Below are positions 52,304 to 64,000 of a DNA stretch of 64,000 nucleotides, in pieces. The stretch lies in the NCBI GenBank assembly GCA_004022145.1, contig RCNU01000001.1. One strand, given 5' to 3'. The first letter of the stretch is position 1. Each line of letters starts with the position of its first letter. Made by a program: the position numbers and the translations under genes. Origin of the DNA: Paecilomyces variotii (lineage: Eukaryota). Below the pieces are notes generated by a model. That model worked only from the letters and a program-made list of their open reading frames with translations. It was not told where the DNA came from and ran no database searches.

Positions 52304-52830
52304 TTAGGGGTAGAACGGAATGGCCTCGTCGTCAGCGCTGCGCTTTGGGTAGAACGGAATGGCTTCGTCGTCTGCGCTGCGCTTAGGATAGAACGGAATG
52401 GCCTCATCGTCAGCACTGCGCTTTGGGTAGAATGGAATGGCCTCGTCGTCCGCACTGCGCTTTGGGTAGAATGGAATAGCTTCATCGTCTGCGCTGCGCT
52501 TAGGATAGAACGGAATGGCTTCGTCGTCCGCACTGCGCTTTGGGTAGAACGGAATAGCTTCGTCGTCAGCGCTGCGCTTTGGGTAGAACGGAATGGCCTC
52601 GTCATCTGCACTGCGCTTAGGATAGAATGGAATAGCTTCATCGTCTGCGCTGCGCTTTGGGTAGAACGGGATGGCTTCGTCGTCTGCGCTAGCTACAAAT
52701 TCGATATTATTTTGTCAGTATCAGGCATAGCAAATACGTCCTTGGAAGCAGAGCTGGCCATACCGATAGGAGCCGCCGAGATCAATGGAAGACCAACGGC
52801 CAGCAGGGAAAGTACAAATTTGAGCTGCAT
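52304..52830 (-). CDS. Kex2-processed repeat precursor peptide (candidate RiPP precursor), 151 aa, 2 exons
   Basis: Exon 1 52830-52764; intron 52763-52693 (GTATGG..CTGAC..TAG); exon 2 52692-52304. Translation: MQLKFVLSLLAVGLPLISAAPIA-(SADDEAIPFYPKR)x9-SADDEAIPFYP*. Confidence 0.93.
52307..52690 (-). repeat. 10 tandem 39-bp coding repeats (last unit lacks KR)
   Basis: Unit agc gca gac gac gaa gcc atc ccg ttc tac cca aag cgc; all variation is at third codon positions. Confidence 0.95.
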
Positions 52831-53952
52831 TTTGCACTAAATACTTTCAAATGTTGAAAGATACGGCGTCAAGTAGTTCTGGGCTTAGGTACGGAATGGA
52901 CAAAAAGAACAATGTGATGGTGTTACTGTTCAAGGATCTGTAGCTGATTTTATAGTTCTACAGGTATAGATGCAACTCTTTCAGTTCTTCATATCGACCA
53001 AGTCAGCATACGGCTCCATTGGTGGTACACTAGGAAATGCCCACAGCGACGGCTAGCTGAGAAAACTCGGTGAACGACGAGGCGTAGCCAGTTCTGGTCA
53101 ATGTGCCTACATATCCTGCATATGTAGTACAAACTTGGATTCCATTCACAACTGTCCAATGATAGCAATTATGGAACACGCTCGGTGTCGCCATCTGTAA
53201 GGGAAACAGGCAAGACTTGGATTTCGTGCAAAACCTGCATATTCATTGAAGATCGAATGCTCTAGGATGTGGATCTGCTGCTGTTGAAGCACTCGATTTA
53301 CCAATGTGTTCATGTCCAGACAGTACTGTGCTGTATCAGCTACACTGATATGTATCATGCCCATGCTCGGATGCTTGATATTGAGTGAGGAAATGATCCA
53401 TAAAGGTAAATATGAGGCTGGAAGCAAACTTGAACTGGCCTTAAATTATGAGGGTTTGGGATTCAAGAACCACGATGTTCTCCATTTGAGGTTCTGTGGA
53501 AAGACCAGCAGCTTTTGTTTACGCCCCATCTGGCCTACATACATAGAGTTTAAGCCAATGATGCATCCGCGCACGATCTGCGGCGATCTGTGAACTATCT
53601 AAAGATCTATTCATCTACTTCAGTGGTCCTCACAGCAAGCCACAGCCGGCTGCACGTTGGGAAACCCTTCAGCTGATACCAGTCGCTCTGATATACATAG
53701 GGACAGGAAGCGGCCTCTCTTCTAAGTCTGTCACCCCGCCTTTTCTCATACCCCTTGCTTTCGGCGAGCAACCCCTCAATCGGTATCAATTCAATCTAGC
53801 TATGCTGTGAATACTGAATACTAATTATACGTTACCTGAGCCGGTGACGTTGGGAGCGTGGCATTTCCTGCTAACCGCGAAACCTTGAATAAAAAAAGCT
53901 CTCTGCCAGACTATTCTTTGCAGATTATTCAAGTGAATCGTCTGAGCTTAAG

Positions 53953-54961
53953 ATGATGGCCCTGGGCGAATCTCAATATCCTCAGGCCCCGGATGACAGA
54001 TCTGGTAATTGGCGTGAGAGTATGGATGAGAAGGAGCCAGAGCAACCTTTACTGACTGTCCCCGGCAATTCGGTACACGACACAGAGCATGGCCCTACAG
54101 GCTGTGTGCAATGGCAGAGGCGCAGCTGGGGACTCTGGCTCACTATCTTGAATATCTCGGTCTGGCTGGTAACGATTTTCTTCATTTTCTCGCCGTTTGC
54201 TAGCCGTGCTTGCCTCCGACACCTGAGTGACCAAGAGAAATGGAAAGCCGTCTCTTATTATGGTAAGACCACTGAATATTATATATCTATATATATTCTT
54301 CAATAATAGAAAATCATCTAACGACGATTCAGCCCCCGTTTTTGACCGTTTCGAGATCCCTCGCATAGTCCAAACGACCAACGGGTCACTATATGATACA
54401 TACCCACCCTCGATCCTGCGAGTTCCCAAGGGACCTGAGGCAGACGCAGAATGGTTTCGGATAGGAACTGGTGTTTTCCCACTCATAATCTCATCAACTG
54501 AGATCCGCAAACTGGGAAAAGACCCCTCTGTGGCTGTGAAAATTCCACCAGAACACGGATACGGCGATGATGCGTACCTGGCGCAAACTGAAGTGTTCCA
54601 CCTTCTCCATTGTCTCGATATGCTTCGCAAGGAGATCTCCTACGAACATTATTACTTCCCGAAGTTCGGAAACAATCCCGATGCTCAGCACCAGGCTCAT
54701 ATCGGACATTGCATAGACTTGCTTGCACAGTCGATTAAGTGTTCAAGTAGCGTCGATGTCATCTTGTTCAACTGGGTCGAGGGCTGGAATCAGCCATTTC
54801 CAGACTTTAAAAACAGGCATGTTTGTCGGGACTTCGAGGCACTTCTTGACTATGTCAATGACCATTCTGTTCCGGTGGAAGTGTTTCAAGCCATGAAGGA
54901 ACCGCCCGAAGGTTATGTTCGTTTACCAGAGCCAGCTCCCGTGAACAGGGAGGGTGCATAA
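53953..54961 (+). CDS. UstYa-family (DUF3328) oxidase, 2 exons, ~312 aa
   Basis: Exons 53953-54262 and 54333-54961 (GTAAG..CTAAC..CAG). TM helix, EADAEW, VFHLLHCLDMLRK, HIGHCIDLLAQSIKC and H.CRDFE. Confidence 0.92.
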
Positions 54962-55496
54962 TCGATGAGGATCAACTCAGCTGGCTTACTCACTTCTAAT
55001 AGATATGGACAAGAACTTCGGATAACTTAGCTTTCATCGTAAATATGTAAAGGGACGTCCTCAGGTCAGTTATTGCTGTCTGTCGGGAAGATACAGTGCC
55101 CTGCCACTACTCCCAACTCCCAGGACTATATTCCACTACAAGATATACTAGTAGTTATCTTCAGTTAAGTAGGTATGTGGGTTGCAAATGGCCTCACTCT
55201 ATCTCCGTCCGTCCCAAATATTAAGCAATCAGCACTGCAGGAGCCGGTTACAATATCATATAGATTGAACGGCTTTGAGGAAAAGAAGAAGAATGTTGAT
55301 TTCCCTAGCATAAGGATTTGTAGGATTCTACATGTTGACAACCTGTGAATTTCAATTGTCGGCGGGTTTGGATGCACAAGCAGGGGTTGCCGACTGCCGT
55401 AATAAATTGTTGCCGACAATCGGCGTTTCCACTGTCGAGCTTCTGTCATAGACAACATCGTCCCGCTCATCGAGTGCAGGGAGGGCGTCTACAGCA

Positions 55497-56945
55497 ATGG
55501 CCACTGCTGAGAAAAGGGAGACAAAACCCAAGGTTTGCTTCAATCTCGAACACATCGATTGGTGCCCTTCTAATTGTCTTCGCAGCCTAGCAGCTTGCGG
55601 TCCATCATCGCTGGCTCTACTGCCGGAGCTATCGAGATTGGTATGATCATCCAGGCCCAATAGAAACTGGACGAGATGCAACAATGACCAGCGGCTGACC
55701 AAAACCAACAACAGCGATCACATACCCAGCAGAGTGTACGGACAAGAATTCCTCCTCTCCAGTTCTATCCCGCGACCACTGACCAGCCAAAACCTCAGTC
55801 GCAAAGACCCGGTCACAGCTCAACCGAAGGTTACCGGACGGGAAGAAACTCCCATGGCCACCTTTCGGTAAACAGTGGTATGCCGGATGCACGACTCTGA
55901 TCGTGGGAAATTCCCTTAAAGCAGGAATCCGTGAGTTGTCTGCCCCGCTTCGCCGCTGTCATATCGTTCAAAGCTCCATGTATGGACGTATACTGTCTTC
56001 CGAATACCCGCTGATGTTTGCGGACTTTGACAGGCTTCGTTGCCTTCGATACCTACAAATCGTTGCTCCAGGATGAAAATGGGCACATTTCTGGCCCCCG
56101 GACAGTCATTGCTGGATTTGGTGCCGGTTTCACTGAATCTCTTTTGGCGGTCACTCCGTTCGAGAGTATTAAGACGCAGCTGTTAGTACACCTGCTTTTC
56201 TCGTTATATTTGGTCTTCGTTTAGACAAGAATGCTGACTGGGGCGTTCTGTTACATCCAGGATCGATGATCGCAAGTCTGCCAAACCTCGTTTGAACGGA
56301 TTCCTGCACGGCAGTAAAGTCATCTTCCAGGAAAGAGGTATTCGAGGCTTTTTCCAAGGCTTTGTTCCGACAACGGCCAGACAAGCAGCCAACTCGGCGA
56401 CGAGATTTGGCAGCTACACGACGTTGAAGCAGTTTGTTCAAGGCTACGTCGCTCCGGGAGAGAAGCTGGGCACAATGAGCACTTTCGCTATTGGAGGCAT
56501 GGCGGGTTTAATCACTGTGTATGTCTACATCGAAACTCATGCGCACGATATCTTGGATGATTCGGTGTGGCTGATCTTTCCCATACTATTCTAGCTACGT
56601 TACGCAACCTCTCGACACGGTGAAGACTAGGTAAGCTGGTTTATAGAGATAATGCTGGAATAGATGCTAACTCGAGCAGAATGCAATCATTGGAAGCGAG
56701 CAAGAATTACAAGAACAGCTTTGTGTGTGCTGCGAAGATCTTCAAAGATGAAGGCCCTCTGACCTTGTGGTCTGGCGCTGTCCCACGTCTGGCAAGACTG
56801 ATCATGAGTGGAGGAATTGTGTTTACGATGTGCGTATAATGATTGCATAATATCATATCGAAAAAAGACTAGCTGACTTTTAAACAGGTACGAGAAGACG
56901 ATCGAGGCAATGGATAAGTTCGACCCGCAAGGAAAATATATATGA
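55497..56945 (+). CDS. CTP1: Mitochondrial citrate/tricarboxylate carrier (many introns)
   Basis: Carrier signatures TYPAE.AKTR, TPFESIKTQ and QPLDTVKTR; RQAANSATRF. Confidence 0.9.
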
Positions 56946-57175
56946 TGTGACGGTTGCGGCCTGTATTGTACACTACTGGTATCTAAAGTGCCCCAGCTTA
57001 GACATGAGAGCTATTGTCATCAATGACATACTATACAACATGCATCAGTTCAGTAAAGGGAATACTGAGTGTTCCGACTCGAATTATATCCGCAAGTTTA
57101 TTGCCCGTGGTACATTGCGGGCCATGCAGAGGACCCTCGAACATGGAACGGCTGTTTCCAGAGTGGGCTGTCCTT

Positions 57176-58606
57176 CTATGCCTTCTTCTGGCCCTTCCCC
57201 TTTGCCTCCTTCAGTTCATCTTCGGCAATCATTGTCTCAACCTCACGGTCAGCGAGCCACCCTTGTACGCTCTCCATGACCGCTTCGAGACCATCACCGC
57301 CATCGAGAACATTCCCTAGGTTGTGGATTGTGATACCACTACGATGATCGGTACATCGACTCTGATTGTAGTTATACGTGCGGATCTTGTCACCACGACC
57401 CATTTTCGCAACACCCCCCATTGCGCCTCGTCGAAGTTTCACTAGCTCCTCTTCGCGAGCTTCTCGTCTCGCGTCTGCCAGCTTGGCTCGCAAAATTTGC
57501 CATGCTCTTTTGCGATTTGCGTGCTGGGACCGTGACTCTTGCATGGAGACGACAATTCCAGTGGGGATATGTGTCAGGCGGATAGCCGACTCAGTCTTGT
57601 TGACGTGCTGTCCACCGGCGCCGCTCGCTCTCATTTTCTCTGAGCGAACATCCTGGGGATCGATATAGTAGTCGCTGTTCGGATCCTCGAAATTCAGCGG
57701 ACTGTCCTCACCTAACCCTGGCTCCGGGAAACTAGGAAGGACCATCACGCTGACAGCACTTGTATGTATACGTCCCTTGGCCTCCGTAGCTGGAACCCTC
57801 TGGACTCTATGCACGCCGGCCTCCGTCCTAAGAACATTATAACTGCCATCAGTCTCGACCTCCATGACAGCCTCCGTGAGACGATCATCCGCAGTTCCGT
57901 CTTCCGCATCTAGCTTGATTATACCCGTGCGAAATCCCTTTCGAGAACAGAACGCGATGTACATTCTTAGCAGTTCGTACGCGAAGAGGCCTGCCTCGTC
58001 GCCGCCTGCACCGGGTCGGATTTCGATCAAACAAGGAAGATCCGCAAAGGGGTGACGGGGAATAAGTGATTTCTTTAACTGATCCGAAATCGCGGGTAGG
58101 TTGGTATTGCTACTTTCGAGATCCTCAATGGCTAGGGATCGTAATTCCTCGTCTGTCTGGGGGTCTTTTAGAAGTGAATTGAGCTCTGATATGGACTGCG
58201 GTAGTCGATCAGTCAGTAAATGCGAGTCTGAGAGGAGATGAAATCGTGTGTCATTGGGCGTACCTCATTTGCTTTATCCCATTCTGCCAAAGCATTGACG
58301 ATCGGAGTAAGTTCGCCAACGCGCTTCGCAACTTTCGCATCGAAGGACTCGGCGAGACGGGTAGAAAGAGATGCATGCTCGGCTGCGATCGATCGCGCAC
58401 GATTAAGAAGAGCCGACGATAGGAGTCCGTTTGAAGCTATGTTATCTGTAAATAACTGCTTTTGCTGGAAGTGAGGTCGAATAAGCAGGAGATAACGTAC
58501 CTGTGGTTTGACTCCGTCGCTGCACGGGCACGGGCAAGCCCTGTCTCCATGAGGCTCTCAAAGATCGAGAGAGACATCTTGAGCATACCCAGGGGATATT
58601 GAACAT
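57176..58606 (-). CDS. MRF1: Mitochondrial peptide chain release factor 1
   Basis: IEIRPGAGGDEA, GVHRVQRVPATE, ASGAGGQHVN (GGQ), IRTYNY; presequence-like first exon MFNIPWVCSRCL. Confidence 0.92.
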
Positions 58607-59085
58607 ATTCCAGAGAGAATATGGGCTGCCAATGCTCTTGGACCCCACTGCCAGTATCTATTCACAAAGCGTTCTATTTCTTTCAGATCTTGAGATATCC
58701 GACACCGCATCACGTGCAGATATGTTCTGCTTACATCGATGATGTTCCAGTATTGTAAAATACGTAATATTACGCATTTTGGTAACCAATCACTCAAAGA
58801 CAGAGCGTAACGGTACGGAATAAAACGGTAAAGGCCAGACTTGCAGGAGCCATAGCACGGAGGGACGTTTGAGCTCATCTTGTCTACTTTACTCTATTCC
58901 TGCTTCATGCTCTGAACAAGAACAGTAATGTAACTGCGCCATCTTCTTGAACTCTCGCACACATCGTCTCAGTACTGGTCGACGGTTTTCGCGGACACCC
59001 AGGCTGCTGGGTCTTCGTCAGTCGCCTTCTAATCTTAATACCTACACTGTCGCTATAGTTCATTCGTTACGACCGAGCTCTCGCC

Positions 59086-60728
59086 ATGATACTCTCTCTG
59101 TATTCTCTGACGGTCCTCCTGGCCTGTCTTTCGACTTCCAGTGCCCTTCAAGAGCCTATCGCATCAGACACGCCGCTGTCGTCTCTAATCTCCTCGGCCA
59201 AGGCTCATCTCAGTAATGGCTCTCCCCGGGAGGCACTGACTTATTTCGATGCTGCAGTGGCGCGCGATCCAACGAACTACTTGGCGCTTTTCCAGCGCGG
59301 AGCCACCTATCTCTCCCTGGGAAGAAATTCACAAGCTGTGGAGGATTTCGATCGTGTACTGAAACTAAAGCCGGACTTTGAGGGCGCCCTTATCCAGAGG
59401 GCTCGTGTCAAGACCAAGACAGCAGACTGGACTGGAGCCAAGCGTGATCTGGAGACAGCTGGAAAGAAAAAGTCACCGGAATATGAGGAACTGGAGGAGG
59501 CACAGGCGGCAACACTGCTAGCAGAGGAGGCTGAGAGAAAGAGCAACTGGGACAGCTGTGTGGAGCAGGCCAATGTTGCTATCATGAAGGCGAGCTTGGC
59601 TCCCAGTCTTCGTCAGACCCGAGCGCACTGCCGCTTTGAAAGAGGGGAGATTCGAGAGGCTCTCAGTGATCTTGGTCATTATCTGCAGCTCGCTCCCGGC
59701 TCGGTGGAACCGCATCTCCAGATCTCGAAGACGTTATTCTACGCTCTCGGAGAAACAGACCCTGGCGTTTCCCAAGTGCGGAAATGTTTGCATTCTGATC
59801 CAGATTCGAAACCATGTTCGCGACTATTCCGCAGAGAGAAGCAGTTGGTGAAACGACTAGACAAGCTGCAGGATGCGATGGAGAAGCGGAAGTTCAACAA
59901 TGCTGCGAACCTGATCGTCGGAACTAGTGGTGAAAGCGGTCTCCTTGAGGACGTAAAGGAGGATGTCAAGGAAGCGAGGGAAGCTGGCCATATTCATCCC
60001 AAGGCTCCCAGCAATCTCTACATGTCGCTCGTCCAAAGTGCCTGTGAAGCTTATCGTGCGGTATGTTATCCAACGTTTGATTTTCCAAACTATACCGATT
60101 TGCATTTAACTGACCCTTTTTATTATAGATGCACCAGACCAAGAAAGCGAAGCCCTATTGCTCTGAATCTTTGGGTCTTGATCCTCAATCTCTCCACGGG
60201 CTGTTGTTCAAGGCTGAGACGGAGCTGGACGAGGAAAGCTTTGAAGACGCGATTAGAACGCTAAACAAGGCCAAGGAACACCATCCAGGTTCAAATGAGG
60301 TACAAAGCTTGTTACAGAAGGCACATACTCTGCTCAAGAGATCGAAGTCAAAGGACTACTACAAGGTTCTCGGAGTCAGTCGAGATGCCGATGAGCGAAC
60401 TATCAAGCGTGCCTACCGCCAGCTGACGAAGGAGCATCACCCTGATAAGGCCAAGTCTAAAGGTGTTACCAAGGAGGAAGCGGAGAAGAAGATGGCTGCT
60501 ATCAACGAAGCGTATGAAGTGCTGTCTAACCCCGAACTGAAAGCCCGGTTCGACAACGGCGACGATCCTAACGACCCCGAATCGGGAAGGCAAAACCCCT
60601 TCCAACAGGGAAATCCCTTTGCTGGAGGAGGACGCCAGCAGTTCTTCTTTCAGCAAGGGCATGGTGGACCCCAATTCAAGTTCTCAGGCCAGGGGTTCAA
60701 CTTCCCCGGAGGTTTTCCCTTCGGCTAG
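59086..60728 (+). CDS. ER TPR and J-domain co-chaperone (DNAJC3/P58IPK-like), 2 exons
   Basis: Signal peptide, TPR repeats, CLHSDPD, C-terminal J domain (DYYKVLG..HHPDK) and G/F-rich tail. Confidence 0.92.
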
Positions 60729-61221
60729 TTATTTACATGCTGCTTTGGTCCTTTTTTCGTGCATTTTCTCACCCATGCTCCCACAAGCATTCTTTTGCTG
60801 GTAATCTTCTGTTTCGGTTCGATGTATCTTTTTGGGGTATTGGTATTTTCCAGGTGAAATCGGATCAGGAGTGCTGAGGCGTAGTGTACTTCCTAACTTC
60901 TTCCTCGAGAAGAAGCTCACTTGAAGGATATTATCAATTTAGAACGTTTCTTTATAGGTATTCTAATGGAGAATGCTATCAAACCTGCAATTTTACCTAA
61001 GTAAGTTCTACTCGAATATAGTACCTCCAGCGTGAGGACAAAGATTTTCGTGTGCATTTAGAGTTGTAAAGACGTTCATGCTTCAGGATATTATGCTTTT
61101 ACCCATTCGACGAGCGAGGAGAGACTCAACTCAATACCCATCGCAGAAGACTATGTAAACACAAACGCCGATCAACTCCCGGAAAACATGGGAGTCGGGA
61201 TAAATAAAAAGCATGACCCAT

Positions 61222-62067
61222 TCATCTTGGAGGCGCATCAGTAAGTGGCACATAGCTAACCGCAAAGACCTTCTCCTTATGTACGGAGCCATCAGCCTTC
61301 TTATCTACGACCCAGATATACTGACCACCGCCCAAACCGAGGGCACTCAGCGCCGCTCCACCACCTTCCTCTGACTCTACAGGAATGAACAGGCGTCCCG
61401 GAGCACGCAACTGCTCCACGAGAACAGGATGGAGCTTATCAGCCGCGGCCCCAACATGGATAGCATCGTAAGGCGCGTCTTCCGGCCAACCTTTGCGTCC
61501 GTCTCCGGTGACGAACTTGACTTTTCCCGACTCGAGCATTTTACGGCCCTCGGGGGATTTGCTCATGTTCTTCTTCGCGAGGTCGACGAGTTCTTGGATG
61601 TGATCGATTCCAACGACGTAGCCGTCCTTGCCGGTAGATGGGCCATCGATCAGATTTGCGAATACGTGAGTGAGGTAGCCTGATCCGGAGCCAATGTCCA
61701 GGACACGAGAGCCGGGATGGAGGAAATCGATGAGATACTCGCAGGCATGGCCATGCATATGGGGAGCGGAGATGGTGGCGCTGTATCCGATCGGCTGAGG
61801 GGAGTCGGAGTATGGGGCGGAGGGCGCATAATGAGCGCGGTCGACCTTGGAAATTGGACGATTAGCTTGATTGGTACTGGGAAGTGAAGTTCTGTGATAG
61901 CTTTACAACCTGAACTGGGGCCCAAGGATGTAAAGTATAATGACAGCGGTGAAAGAAATACTTACGCCTAGCATGGCATTCTTTACTCGTTCATTCTTGA
62001 TGAGACCTGCCTCGAACAGGTTCTCGATCAGTTCGCTGTTTGTTTGTCCAGAACAATACCACGCCAT
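61222..62067 (-). CDS. Protein-L-isoaspartate O-methyltransferase (2 exons)
   Basis: MAWYCSG, TISAPHMH, VLDIGSGSGY, YDAIHVGAA, YVPLTD. In-frame upstream ATGs at 62175 and 62292. Confidence 0.92.
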
Positions 62068-62501
62068 TGATAGCAGTCTTGTTGGAACCCTGATCTGATG
62101 ACGATGACAGCTTTTGGAAAGTGTTCTCGACAGTAGAGATGCTGGTCGGTTAAACGTGGAGGGGTTGATTGTCATAAGATGATCAGCAGCTACAGAGGAA
62201 GAAAATGGAGCAAGATGAGCAGCACAGCGCAGCGGGATACGATTATAGGATAGACCAGACGACCTGGACTTTATGCGAGACAGGAGAAGCATGAGCTATT
62301 ATCTCTTCTAAGCGCCGGACATCCCGACAAGCAACTGATCGCATTGCAATCGCGGGGATACACTCGGATGACGCCAGAGTCACGAAGACCCACGTGACAT
62401 TCTAGTTCACGTACGGAGGATATCATTTCTCCAAAGCTAGAGTTCGTTAAATCGTTATAGTACACGCCTGCACCCGTGTCGGATGCTGCTGCAGAAAAGC
62501 A

Positions 62502-64000
<1,499 letters not shown>

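Noticed and set aside
52307-52690. CRISPR array or non-coding minisatellite
   Set aside because: Eukaryotic locus, no unique spacers, and codon-structured variation.
52304-52830. Alpha-type mating pheromone precursor (also KR-repeat)
   Set aside because: It lacks the Trp/Cys-containing core typical of filamentous ascomycete alpha-pheromones and is flanked by DUF3328-type genes and an MFS transporter. A signalling role for the product is not excluded.
52201-52840. Track ORFs 52201-52641 (-) and 52271-52840 (+) with repetitive translations
   Set aside because: They are shadow frames of the 39-bp array. Unit differences change amino acids in these frames but are all silent in the SADDEAIPFYPKR frame.
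53146-53789. Short ORFs in the precursor-UstYa intergenic region
   Set aside because: No domain features; best read as divergent promoter sequence.

Overview
Gene-dense, intron-containing genomic DNA from a filamentous ascomycete, probably Eurotiales (inferred from gene and intron style). Most of the window is housekeeping genes: GNAT, JJJ1, SQS1, ATG4, an H2B/H2A pair, NDUFB9, KGD2, a UCH37-like deubiquitinase, POM152, UTP22, LSM6, cystathionine gamma-synthase, MRPL20, DUG1, SMC6, DHH1, CTP1, MRF1, DNAJC3-like, PCMT and a 5'-truncated CDC7. Two AT-rich blocks carry RIP-type damage: LTR-element debris at 1-2954 and a full-length Fot1/Pogo DNA transposon at 19003-20875. The standout is a compact candidate fungal RiPP (dikaritin-type) cluster at about 47.6-55.0 kb, between DHH1 and CTP1. 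It comprises an UstT-like MFS transporter, two divergent HxxHC-HxxHC (UstYa/DUF3328-type) oxidases, and a two-exon precursor gene missed by the ORF track. The precursor encodes a signal peptide plus 10 identical SADDEAIPFYP units separated by KR (Kex2-type) sites. I do not recognise this core from characterised compounds; novelty needs database confirmation. Exon boundaries were read by eye.
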